Shown: one piece after another, positions 40,954-50,597 of the stretch
Layout of the letters: every line of letters begins with the position of its first letter
How positions within the stretch are numbered: the first letter of the stretch is position 1
NCBI GenBank assembly: GCA_910586865.1
Contig: CAJUIY010000001.1
Location: 19,828-83,827, forward strand
Length of the DNA stretch: 64,000 bases
Direction: 5' to 3'
Source: an uncultured Bacilli bacterium
Lineage (GTDB): Bacteria > Bacillota_I > Bacilli_A > RF39 > UBA660
Position numbers and translations under genes: made by a program
Notes under the pieces: generated by a model
Database searches by the model: none
The model's input: only the letters and a program-made list of their open reading frames with translations
Told to the model about the DNA's origin: nothing

Positions 40954-43900
40954 CTATTTTACTACAATATTTACTATTTTGTCTTTAATTACAATTATTT
41001 TTACTATGGTTCCGTTTTTTGTATGATTAACTACATTTTCAGCATGTAAGGCTTTCTCTTTTATTTCTTCTTCGGAATCATTCTCCGTTATTTTAATCGT
41101 TGCACGAACTTTTCCATTGACTTGAACGGCTATTTCTTTCTCGTCTTCTTTTGTTTTTTCTTCCTCATAAGTTGGCCAAGATTCAAAAGCAATTGTATCT
41201 TTATGCCCTAACATCTCCCACAATTCTTCCGCAATATGAGGTGCTACTGGATTTAAAAGTTTTACAAAGCCTAAAGCATACTCTTTTGGAAAAACATCTT
41301 CTTTATAGACGGCATTAATAAAAATCATCATTTGACTAATAGCCGTATTAAAATTAAGTGTTTCAAAATCATTTGTAACCTTTTTTACTGTTTGATGATA
41401 TATTTTTTCTAGATTTTGATTTTCTTCTTCTTTTATCTTTCCAGATTCATAAAGTCGGTAGATTCGATCTAAGAATTTTTGAGCTCCTTCTACGCCTTGT
41501 TGGCTCCATGGTTTAGAAGCTTCTAATGGTCCCATAAACATTTCATAAAGTCTTAGAGTATCTGCTCCATAATCATTCACAATATCTAGGGGATTTACTA
41601 CATATTTAGGATATCTTTTTCCCATTTTAATTCCATTCGAACCCAAAATCATTCCTTGGTGAACTAATTTTTTAAATGGTTCTGCAACAGGAGATAATCC
41701 TTTGTCATATAAATAACGATTCCAAATTCTTGCATACATCAAATGACCAACAGCATGTTCAGGACCGCCAATATATAAATCGACTGGCATCCAATGTTTT
41801 AATAGTTCAGAGTTTGCAAAACAATCATCATTATCAGGATCAATATATCTTAAGAAATACCAAGAAGATCCAGCTGTACCTGGCATCGTAGAAGTTTCTC
41901 TAACACCTTTTAATCCATTCTTTTCATACACTTTCCAATCCGTTGCATTTTCAAGTGGAGCCTTACCATTATGACCTTTATAATCTTCAAGTTCTGGTAA
42001 AACAAGCGGAAGTTCCTCATCATCTAAAACATGAATACTACCATCTTCTAAATAAACAACTGGCATTGGTTCTCCCCAATATCGTTGACGAGCAAAAATC
42101 CATTCTCTCATACGATAATTTACTTGCTCTTTTCCACAATTATTTGTTTCCAACCAATGAATCATGGTATCAATTGCTTCTTTTTTATTCATTCCATTTA
42201 AATCTAAGAAGTGATGATTCTCTACATTTTTAGAATATTCATAGGTTCTCGCATGTAGCTCATCTTTGATTTCTGCATCCACCATATCCTTCGATACCCA
42301 TTCCACTAAAAAGTCTTCATCATCGTCTAAGTTTTGACTGTCTTTTTTGTCATTTATTAACTTAAATAAAAATCCTGTTGAAATAATATTAAAATAGATA
42401 TCTTTATTATAAGCATAATAATGATGATTAATCTTTGGTAGAACAGCCACCAATTCGATATTTTGGTAACCAGTTTCCTCCTTTACTTCTCTTAAAGCAC
42501 ATTCATATGGAGTCTCTCCCTCATTAATGGAACCTCCTATAAATAAACGACCACCATTATTCCCCCAATTAATAGTTAAATATTTATCATTCTTTTCATC
42601 ATAAACAATAGCAACAATAGAATTCTTATGTTTTTCATTTTCGTGAGGATTTCCAGTAATATCTAATGGTGGACAAGAATTGATATGGATTCCATCTTCT
42701 GTCATCGCACCTTCACCATTTATTACACGACTAGCATCATACTTATGTGCTTCCGTAGTTAAGGAATCGATTAATTTTTCTTCCTCTATCCATAAAACAT
42801 CTGCTAAATTAGATTCCTCTTTTGCTCTATCTTGCTTTTCTAAGCTATTTAATTTACCAACAATAGTATGACATGTAATATGACGATTCACATCTTTATG
42901 AGCAGCATAGAAATTATCAAAATAAATAAACTCTAATTCTTTATCTATTGTTATATCCGTATATCCTGTTTCTTCAACTACTTCTCTAATACCAGCTTCC
43001 ATTGGTGTTTCATCATCTTCAATACCACCCATTACAAAGTTAATCCAATTAAACTCTTTATTATGAACACATAAGTATTTATTTTCCGTTGGATGTTTTA
43101 TCACAACATTAACAACATTTCTCTCGGTCATTTTCTTATCTTCTCTAATAGTAGATTCTCCTGTACCTACAAATGACTTAGCTAGTACTTGAACTATAGG
43201 AATATCAAACTTTTTAGCGAATTCATAATCTCTCTCATCGTGAGCAGGAACAGCCATAATAGCTCCCGTTCCATAGCTTGCTAAAACATAATCCGAAATA
43301 TAAATAGGTATTTCTTTTTTATTGACAGGATTAATCGCATAAGCACCAATAAACACTCCTGTTTTATCATGATTAAGTTCCGTTCTTTCTAATTCGCTTT
43401 TTTTGGCACACTCTTCCTTGTACTTTCTTACTTCTTCCTTCTTATCTTCGGTTGTTATGATATCAACAAGTTTATGTTCTGGGGAAAGTACACAATAAGT
43501 AGCACCAAATAAGGTATCGCATCTAGTCGTAAACACCTTAAATTCTTTATCTGTATCTTTCACTTGGAAGGTTACTTGAGCACCGATTGATTTTCCAATC
43601 CAGTTTCTTTGCATTTCTTTTGTCGATTCTGGCCAATCAACTTCTTCTAAACCTTCTAATAATTTTTCAGCAAAAGCAGCTTGATCAATAACCCATTGCT
43701 TCATATTTTTACGAATAACAGGAAATCCACCTCTCTCACTTTTTCCATCAATTACTTCATCATTTGATAAAACTGTACCTAACTCTTCACACCAGTTAAC
43801 TGGCATATCAATATATTTGGCATAACCATCTAAATATAGTTGTTTAAAAATCCACTGTGTCCATTTATAAAACTTTGGATCACTTGTTTTCACAAGTCTA

Positions 43901-44262
43901 CTCCAATCATAATCAAAGCTTAAAGACTCTAATTGTTTCGTAAAGGTCTCAATATTCTTTTCCGTAAACCCGTTCGGATGATTTCCTGTTGTTACTGCAT
44001 ACTGTTCAGCAGGAAGTCCAAAAGAATCATATCCCATTGGATGAAGTACATTATATCCTTGCATTCTCTTCATTCTAGAAATGATATCCGTTGCAGTATA
44101 CCCTTCTGGATGTCCAGCATGAAGTCCTGCTCCTGATGGATAAGGAAACATATCCAAACAATAAAACTTTGGTTTACTAAAATCCCAAATATCCGTTTTA
44201 AACGTCTTATGGTCCTTCCAATATTTTCTCCATTTTTTTTCTATTTCTTTAAAATTATACAT
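40954..44262 (-). CDS. leuS: leucine--tRNA ligase carrying two internal NUDIX hydrolase domains
   Basis: HIGH region [16 protein letters not shown], editing-domain [28 protein letters not shown]-terminal anticodon-binding region. Two Nudix boxes lie inside. Start placed at [15 protein letters not shown], overlapping the upstream small-ORF stop as ATGTATAA. ORF-track start is 44307. Confidence 0.9.
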   Translation of the reverse strand: MYNFKEIEKKWRKYWKDHKTFKTDIWDFSKPKFYCLDMFPYPSGAGLHAGHPEGYTATDIISRMKRMQGYNVLHPMGYDSFGLPAEQYAVTTGNHPNGFTEKNIETFTKQLESLSFDYDWSRLVKTSDPKFYKWTQWIFKQLYLDGYAKYIDMPVNWCEELGTVLSNDEVIDGKSERGGFPVIRKNMKQWVIDQAAFAEKLLEGLEEVDWPESTKEMQRNWIGKSIGAQVTFQVKDTDKEFKVFTTRCDTLFGATYCVLSPEHKLVDIITTEDKKEEVRKYKEECAKKSELERTELNHDKTGVFIGAYAINPVNKKEIPIYISDYVLASYGTGAIMAVPAHDERDYEFAKKFDIPIVQVLAKSFVGTGESTIREDKKMTERNVVNVVIKHPTENKYLCVHNKEFNWINFVMGGIEDDETPMEAGIREVVEETGYTDITIDKELEFIYFDNFYAAHKDVNRHITCHTIVGKLNSLEKQDRAKEESNLADVLWIEEEKLIDSLTTEAHKYDASRVINGEGAMTEDGIHINSCPPLDITGNPHENEKHKNSIVAIVYDEKNDKYLTINWGNNGGRLFIGGSINEGETPYECALREVKEETGYQNIELVAVLPKINHHYYAYNKDIYFNIISTGFLFKLINDKKDSQNLDDDEDFLVEWVSKDMVDAEIKDELHARTYEYSKNVENHHFLDLNGMNKKEAIDTMIHWLETNNCGKEQVNYRMREWIFARQRYWGEPMPVVYLEDGSIHVLDDEELPLVLPELEDYKGHNGKAPLENATDWKVYEKNGLKGVRETSTMPGTAGSSWYFLRYIDPDNDDCFANSELLKHWMPVDLYIGGPEHAVGHLMYARIWNRYLYDKGLSPVAEPFKKLVHQGMILGSNGIKMGKRYPKYVVNPLDIVNDYGADTLRLYEMFMGPLEASKPWSQQGVEGAQKFLDRIYRLYESGKIKEEENQNLEKIYHQTVKKVTNDFETLNFNTAISQMMIFINAVYKEDVFPKEYALGFVKLLNPVAPHIAEELWEMLGHKDTIAFESWPTYEEEKTKEDEKEIAVQVNGKVRATIKITENDSEEEIKEKALHAENVVNHTKNGTIVKIIVIKDKIVNIVVK
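42211..42675 (-). other. NUDIX domain 2 embedded in LeuRS (Nudix box [24 protein letters not shown] at nt 42469..42537)
   Basis: Perfect Nudix box. Flanking [18 protein letters not shown] and EWVSKDMV elements. Confidence 0.75.
42733..43131 (-). other. NUDIX domain 1 embedded in LeuRS (Nudix box [23 protein letters not shown] at nt 42961..43029)
   Basis: Perfect GX5EX7REUXEEXGU spacing. Flanking [13 protein letters not shown] and LWIEEEKL elements fit the Nudix fold. Confidence 0.75.
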
Positions 44263-44608
44263 GTTTAACCAATCCTTTCTTTTTATAATATCTACCAATA
44301 AATCCATAGCTTACCATTACAATAGGAACCGTTAAGAGGAGTGCTACCAAAAGCTGAATAAATGTACTATCAAACAAGAATGTAATGGCAACTAATACCG
44401 TTATATCTAAGGAACTAACAATGGATACTACATTTAATAATCTCTGATAATTAACCTTTTTCATATCAATATGATACCGATAAATTAAATAATTTACTTC
44501 TGATAATTGTTTTTTTGTTTTCCCCTTTTTATACCTTTTCAGGATAAACATTTGATAAATTAGAAGAATAAACAGAAATATTAAAACAAAAAGAACAAAT
44601 TGCTTCAT
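44255..44608 (-). CDS. small membrane protein encoded between the Leu T-box leader and leuS
   Basis: Strong ribosome-binding site AAGGAGG 7 nt before the ATG. Three hydrophobic helices. Stop overlaps the leuS start. Confidence 0.45.
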   Translation of the reverse strand: MKQFVLFVLIFLFILLIYQMFILKRYKKGKTKKQLSEVNYLIYRYHIDMKKVNYQRLLNVVSIVSSLDITVLVAITFLFDSTFIQLLVALLLTVPIVMVSYGFIGRYYKKKGLVKHV

Positions 44609-44830
44609 AGAATGCCTCCTTAAATAAAAAAAGTCCCTATCATATAAGGACGAATTTTTTCCGTGGTACCACCTTACTTCATATCAAATATGCAGCTTAA
44701 TAGAGATAAAGGTCTTACCCTTAATATTATTAGGATAGTCAAGTTCATCATTCTCTTCCATCTATTTCCACCAATCATAGACTCTCTAAAGGAAAAAGAA
44801 TCACTACTGCTACTACCAATATTTAAAATA
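44609..44830 (-). promoter_or_regulatory. T-box riboswitch leader with Leu (CUU) specifier upstream of small ORF + leuS
   Basis: Minus-strand RNA has UAGAGAG (GA motif), UGGUGGAAAUAGAUGG, a specifier loop ...AUGAACUUGACU (CUU = revcomp of 44741-43), the T-box AAGGUGGUACCACGG (+ 44661-44673), and a terminator GUCCUUAUAUGAUAGGGAC followed by U7 (44626-44651). Promoter TTGAAA-N17-TATACT at 44837-44865. Confidence 0.7.
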
Positions 44831-44897
44831 TAGTTTTAGTATATAAAAGTTCTCCTACTTTTTCAAGATATTTTTGGTAAAAATAACACTAAAATCT

Positions 44898-45181
44898 TTT
44901 TCCAATCTCACGCTTTGTCATTGCATATCCTGTTTTTTTCTCATCAGACAATTTCGCTTCTCTTAACTCTTTAACCATTTGATTACTTGACTTTCCATAT
45001 GCAAAACACATATTTTCATTTTCAGATTCTTTTGCTAAGTCAGAGGGGTAAGCTACTTCGTTTTTTCTAGCAACTCCGCCTTCTTTTCTTCTAGCTCATG
45101 AATTAGTTCACTGTTTGACTTATTATTTGTTTTCCTATCTTTTTTAACAGGAGCACACCTCATTTGAAACACTCTACTCAT
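44898..45181 (-). pseudogene. small gene with good ribosome-binding site split by a frameshift (MSRVFQMRCAPVKKDRKTNNKSNSELIHELEEKKAELLEKTK* / ...EVAYPSDLAKESENENMCFAYGKSSNQMVKELREAKLSDEKKTGYAMTKREIGKRF*)
   Basis: GGAGGG ribosome-binding site before the ATG at 45181. The second frame is open across the first stop. Neither part is ≥60 aa, so both are absent from the ORF track. Confidence 0.3.
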
Positions 45182-45242
45182 TTTTTCCCTCCAGTAATAC
45201 TATAACAAAACGATTCCCATTAAGCAAGAAAAATATTCAAAG

Positions 45243-47672
45243 TTAAAACTCACTAATATATTCTAGCAGTTTTAAAAATAAACTCATATAGACTCTTGAT
45301 AAACCTTTCTTTCTAAGCTTTCTAATTGCAATACGTTTTTGGCTTACACTTTTACTACTTAACATAATACCATTGATTTCTTCTTTTAAATACGTATTAA
45401 TTTGCAAATCCATTAAGATACTTTTTACATCATCATTAATCACTCTTACAGCATCAATTTCAATATCATTTCCACGACAATTAACTGTAAGTTGTCCAAT
45501 GGTTGGTACTTTACCTATTTCCACAATAAAATCATTCCCATCGATAGTAGCACTAAATGGTAAAGGTGCATTGTTATAGAAAACAGTAACATTATCTGCT
45601 TCCTTGGTATTTCTAAACACCAACTTATAATTACGAGTATCTGGTACAATTCCACTTTTTCCTTCAATGGACCGAATAATAACAGTATAATTATTTTTCA
45701 TATAGTTATAATCAATCGAAGTTTTTAAGAAGTATCCTTCCTTATAAAGAGAAGTAATCCCATCATCATCATATAATGTATAGGTATTGGATACTCCCGG
45801 AAATATTTGTATCTCTAAATCGGTAGGAACACCAGTATTATTATAATCGCTTCGATTAGAAAGAGGAACAATCGAACCAGCATGGGCAAATACAGGATAG
45901 TCTTCTTCTTTATAAAAAGATACATACTTTTTATTTCCTGGAAATTTCTTTCCTGAGATGAAATCATACCAAACGCCTTCTGGAATAAAGAACCGATGAA
46001 TGGTACGATTCATAACAGGGTCCATCTTAGTTAAGATTGGACATACTAGAAGTTGAGATCCAAAATAATATTGATTCTTGTATAAAGCATCATCATAAGT
46101 CCACATATAATTATAGTAAAATGGTTGAATTAAAGGAGTACCGGACTTTGTATAATTATAAGATTCAGTATACAAATAAGGGATTAAACGATGACGGAGT
46201 CTTAAATAGTCCGCAGCAATGTTTTGCGTTTCAAAATCCCATACCCATGGTTCTTTTTTATAATACATTCCCCTAGCACCATGAAACCTTAAAATAGGTG
46301 AAAAAACACTTAGCTCTAAAAATCGAATATAAAGTTCCTTATCCTCCACACCACCATGATTTCCACCGACATCTTGAGACCAAAAAGAAACTCCCATATT
46401 CGCCGCATTTAAATAATTAAGTGGTGCTTGTCTTAAGGTATCCCAACTAATTTCGGTTCCACCAGCATAACAAATTGGATACTTATGAGGAGCATAAATA
46501 CCACTTCTTGCGAGATACATTCCTCTTTTTCCGGCAGTACGTGCCGAATCTAAATACATATAATGATTATATGCCCATAGATTTGTTAAATTAAGATTTC
46601 CTTTGTAATCACTCCAAAAGAAATCTACTCCCATTTCTTCTAGCGGATGAAGAAATACTTTAAAATAAACATCCATTAATTTGGGATTTAAGGGATCAAA
46701 ATTAATAATTCTTCCTGCTTGAACACCAAGATATTGAACTGCCTGTTGATAATTTGCTTCATGTGGATAGATACCTTGTTCTGGATTTAAAACCACTCCT
46801 ACTCGAATTCCCTTATCATGCAATTTTTTAATGGTATTTACCGGATTTGGAAATAAAGCTTTATTAAAAGTAAAACCTGTTTTTAGTGCTTTGTTTTGTC
46901 CAACATCTCGATAGTGCCAATCATTATCCAAAAGCAATATCGAAAGAGGAATTAATTTCTTCTCAAAATGACGTATTAATTCATCTAGTTTAAAATCATC
47001 ATAAGTAGTATTTCTACACCACCAATTACCTAAAGCATATCTAGGAATTAATTCTGGGAAGCCAGTCATTTTGTAATAATCCAGTAACGCTTGTTTAAAG
47101 TCTTTATCATACATAAAGACATAAATATCAATCGAATTCTGGCTTCTGTCTTTAAAAGTACCATCCTGATTTAATATTTTATTTGGTGTATCATCAATAC
47201 TAGCAAATCCTTCTAAGGAATATAACCCTCTTTTTAAGGAATTTGCACAAGGAACATCAAGAGAAACCATATTACCATTCATATTTCTAGCTTCTGGATG
47301 ATTATAATACCAATCTCTTTTTCGGTCATTTTCTCTAGAATTTAAGGTGATTTTTAGATTTTTCATGGGATCTGCTTTCGTACCAGTAAATGGTTGTCTT
47401 TTTAAATAAGTCAAAACAAAATATCGAGTAGTAATTTCAATAAAGTTTTGATCCTGGTTAACCCTAAATTCTGGAAATCCAAAATCTCTCTTTCGTATTA
47501 ATTGTGTTGGCTCATCTACAAATTGTCCTAAAGGACTATATTCTAGACGTACAACACGTTCGGTAATGATACTAATTCTATAATTAGGACCCTTAAAGAT
47601 TGCTTTTTCTTCTGCCCTTGTATCAGTATAATCAATGTTAAATTGACTGCCAAGTGAGTACATAGCCAACAC
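45243..47672 (-). CDS. glycoside hydrolase family 31 protein (alpha-glucosidase/alpha-xylosidase-like)
   Basis: PRYALGNWW...LLDNDWH, GVDFFWSDY (nucleophile region), FWSQDVGGNHGG (acid/base region), ILRFHG. Confidence 0.6.
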   Translation of the reverse strand: MLAMYSLGSQFNIDYTDTRAEEKAIFKGPNYRISIITERVVRLEYSPLGQFVDEPTQLIRKRDFGFPEFRVNQDQNFIEITTRYFVLTYLKRQPFTGTKADPMKNLKITLNSRENDRKRDWYYNHPEARNMNGNMVSLDVPCANSLKRGLYSLEGFASIDDTPNKILNQDGTFKDRSQNSIDIYVFMYDKDFKQALLDYYKMTGFPELIPRYALGNWWCRNTTYDDFKLDELIRHFEKKLIPLSILLLDNDWHYRDVGQNKALKTGFTFNKALFPNPVNTIKKLHDKGIRVGVVLNPEQGIYPHEANYQQAVQYLGVQAGRIINFDPLNPKLMDVYFKVFLHPLEEMGVDFFWSDYKGNLNLTNLWAYNHYMYLDSARTAGKRGMYLARSGIYAPHKYPICYAGGTEISWDTLRQAPLNYLNAANMGVSFWSQDVGGNHGGVEDKELYIRFLELSVFSPILRFHGARGMYYKKEPWVWDFETQNIAADYLRLRHRLIPYLYTESYNYTKSGTPLIQPFYYNYMWTYDDALYKNQYYFGSQLLVCPILTKMDPVMNRTIHRFFIPEGVWYDFISGKKFPGNKKYVSFYKEEDYPVFAHAGSIVPLSNRSDYNNTGVPTDLEIQIFPGVSNTYTLYDDDGITSLYKEGYFLKTSIDYNYMKNNYTVIIRSIEGKSGIVPDTRNYKLVFRNTKEADNVTVFYNNAPLPFSATIDGNDFIVEIGKVPTIGQLTVNCRGNDIEIDAVRVINDDVKSILMDLQINTYLKEEINGIMLSSKSVSQKRIAIRKLRKKGLSRVYMSLFLKLLEYISEF

Positions 47673-47865
47673 CTTCCCTATTATTCTAGTATAATAATAT
47701 CATAAAAACGAAATTATTCCAAGAAATTATTTTGACATTGGAAAATACACGAATACAAATAATTGAGAATAAATAAAAAAAAGTGAGTTTTTCATTATAA
47801 ATGGTTTTTTATTTTTTCTCACTTATCATAATGAAATATCACTCCATTAATAAATTAGAAATCTT

Positions 47866-48753
47866 TTATTCTTTTATTCTACTTACAAAAGAATACATAT
47901 CATCCTCATCTATTGAGAAAGTATAAATATAATCCGCTGTTTTATTATTGCTTGGATTTGTTTGATCTATTAACTCTGTATGCTCATATAATTTAACCTC
48001 AATGTTACTTTTGGAAGCCTTCGTAATCGTTGATTTATAAGTCATAGAAGAGGTACCTCCCGCTTCTACTGTATATTCAATATAAGAATCAGAATTTTGA
48101 ATATATTTGTATAGTGTAGTACTACGTACATTTGACACCATATTACTATTCGTATTCAAAATAGCATCTTGACCAAATAAATCTTTGTAAACATATTCTA
48201 TATATTCTTTTGAATAAGCAGTTCCTGAATTTAGTAAACTACAAGAAGTTACATAGTCTCCATATTGTTGTGGTGCTCCTTCACAATTTGTCCATTGTTC
48301 CTTAGATTTATTTAAATTAATGGATACCAATCTCATTTTCTGTTCTTCCGTAGCAGTACTTACACTAAAATTATCATTTCCTTCATACATCCAATATGGA
48401 TTTTCTATCGTTTTGGAATCTACTACTTTATTATATAAATATTTTACTAGTCTACCATTCACATCTATTTCTTTTGGTCTAGAATCATTTCTCTTATCTA
48501 CTTTATTTTTATCATTTAAATTGCTCTTAGAAGTATCACTAGTAGAAACATCGCCTCTTAATACATAATCATATACAATAAATCCTAAAGAAGCACACAA
48601 GGCAACTGCTAAAATAATAATGACTACGATATTACCTTTCTTTTTTCTTGTTCCATAAAAATAACCCTTTCTATTTTTAAATAGTATAGCATAAGAATCA
48701 ATTAAATAAGTATAAAATTTTACTAAAGAATAAGAATTTACATAATGATACAC
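47866..48753 (-). CDS. membrane-anchored extracytoplasmic protein, hypothetical
   Basis: N-terminal transmembrane helix VVIIILAVALCASLGFIVY, then a polar domain. Confidence 0.4.
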   Translation of the reverse strand: MYHYVNSYSLVKFYTYLIDSYAILFKNRKGYFYGTRKKKGNIVVIIILAVALCASLGFIVYDYVLRGDVSTSDTSKSNLNDKNKVDKRNDSRPKEIDVNGRLVKYLYNKVVDSKTIENPYWMYEGNDNFSVSTATEEQKMRLVSINLNKSKEQWTNCEGAPQQYGDYVTSCSLLNSGTAYSKEYIEYVYKDLFGQDAILNTNSNMVSNVRSTTLYKYIQNSDSYIEYTVEAGGTSSMTYKSTITKASKSNIEVKLYEHTELIDQTNPSNNKTADYIYTFSIDEDDMYSFVSRIKE

Positions 48754-48812
48754 AAATAATTATAATAAAAAAAGAGCCCTAGTTTTTAGATTATAAAGCC
48801 TTTATTCTGTAT

Positions 48813-49817
48813 TTATTTTTCCATCAAGTATTTAATGGTTCTTACCATTTGAGCAGTATAACTCATCTCATTATCATACCAAGCAACCACTTTGACAAGT
48901 TGTTTTCCATCCGTTTCTAAAATATCAGTAGATAACCCATCCACTAAAGATCCACATCTTCTATCAATTACATCACTTGAAACAATTGGGTCGTCCGTAT
49001 ATTGTAATGTCTCATTTTGGTTAGATTTTAAAACATTGTTTATTTCTTCTACCGTTGTATTTTTACGAAGTTCTAAAACTAAATCGATTACCGATCCAGT
49101 GGAAACTGGTACTCTCATAGCAACACCTGCTAATTTCCCATCCAAGTTTGGACATACTTTACCAATGGCAGAGGCTGCTCCTGTAGAGGCAGGAATAATA
49201 TTTGCCGCTGCCGCACGTCCTCTTCTCGCTTTGATTCCTTTTTTATGAGCAATATCTAAGGTCGCTTGATCATTAGTATAAGCATGTACTGTCGTCATAT
49301 AACCTCTCTCAATTCCAAATTCACGATCTAAAACATCAACAACTGGTGCTAAACAGTTAGTAGTACAACTAGCAGCTGATATAATCGTCTCCTCTCCTGT
49401 TAAAATATCATGATTTACATTATAAACAATCGTTTTCAAGTCACCTTTTGCAGGAGCAGATATGATTACTTTTTTAGCACCTGCTTCAATATGTGCATTA
49501 GCCTTTTCTTTCTCGGTAAATAGCCCTGTACACTCTAATACTACATCAATATCTAACTCTTTCCAAGGAAGATCTTTGGGATCTGTTTCACTATAAACAT
49601 GTACCTTTCTATTTCCAATCACAATATCATGATTTTCATATGAAATATCCTCTACTCTATAATTCCTATGATTCGTATCATATTTTAATAGATAAGCAAG
49701 CTGCTCTGCATCTGTTAAATCATTAATAGCGACAATTTCATAATCACTATCCTCTTCCATCAAACGAAAAGCAAGTCTTCCAATTCTTCCAAAACCATTG
49801 ATTGCTACTCTTACCAT
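48813..49817 (-). CDS. gap: glyceraldehyde-3-phosphate dehydrogenase
   Basis: VAINGFGRIGR, active site ASCTTNCLAP. Confidence 0.95.
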   Translation of the reverse strand: MVRVAINGFGRIGRLAFRLMEEDSDYEIVAINDLTDAEQLAYLLKYDTNHRNYRVEDISYENHDIVIGNRKVHVYSETDPKDLPWKELDIDVVLECTGLFTEKEKANAHIEAGAKKVIISAPAKGDLKTIVYNVNHDILTGEETIISAASCTTNCLAPVVDVLDREFGIERGYMTTVHAYTNDQATLDIAHKKGIKARRGRAAAANIIPASTGAASAIGKVCPNLDGKLAGVAMRVPVSTGSVIDLVLELRKNTTVEEINNVLKSNQNETLQYTDDPIVSSDVIDRRCGSLVDGLSTDILETDGKQLVKVVAWYDNEMSYTAQMVRTIKYLMEK

Positions 49818-49982
49818 TTTCTATCCATCCTTTCTCTTTTCATTATATAGTTTTAACCATTTTATTTCAATATATTTCACTTTTATTGACAAATTAATCT
49901 GTAAAGATTACTATAGAAAGGAAAGAACAAAACAGATATTGGCTCATTAGAAAGCGAATAGAAAAGATGGAGATATAAACAT

Positions 49983-50531
49983 ATGAAAATGATAGGAAAA
50001 GAATTACAAGAAAGAAACCGTCATATAGAAACACTTAATAAAGCAGAAGCTACTATTAATTCTTGTTTATGCAATCTACAAATTGATTTGATAAATCCAG
50101 TAACGGTTGTAAAAAGAAAATTGCATGAAATGGAAGACTTATTTTATCAACAAGAGATGAAATTCTATGAAAACTTTGCTTTAGGACTGACCATTAGAGA
50201 TTTTCTACTTTCTTACTTACAAGATACGATTAGTTATCATCTTAGAAAGATAATCAATTTTGAAGAAAAAATCACAATAAAAAATATTAGATTACCAATC
50301 CAAAATCCCTTTGTAAAAAATTTTAACAAAAGAATAGAAGAGATTAAAAGCTTTAATATTGACGAAAATCTACCAGAAAGATTAGGAAAACATATGGAAA
50401 TAGAAAATCTAAATAGCATCCTTTTTATTGATGATGATTTAATAAAACTAGGTTATCCTGATTTAGCAGAGAAAGCAGTAGAAAGAACATTAAAAGAGAT
50501 GAATAAAAGAAAAGTTTTTATCAAAAAATAG
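49983..50531 (+). CDS. hypothetical protein (182 aa)
   Basis: ORF only. Confidence 0.35.
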   Translation: MKMIGKELQERNRHIETLNKAEATINSCLCNLQIDLINPVTVVKRKLHEMEDLFYQQEMKFYENFALGLTIRDFLLSYLQDTISYHLRKIINFEEKITIKNIRLPIQNPFVKNFNKRIEEIKSFNIDENLPERLGKHMEIENLNSILFIDDDLIKLGYPDLAEKAVERTLKEMNKRKVFIKK

Positions 50532-50542
50532 AAAAAGTAGGA

Positions 50543-50570
50543 TAAAAAAATATCCACAGCTTTTGTGGAT
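50543..50570 (-). terminator. rho-independent terminator after the kinase-family gene
   Basis: Minus-strand RNA AUCCACA-AAAGC-UGUGGAU followed by AU8. Confidence 0.5.
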
Positions 50571-50597
50571 AGAGAAAGTATTATCTTGGAATACTTT

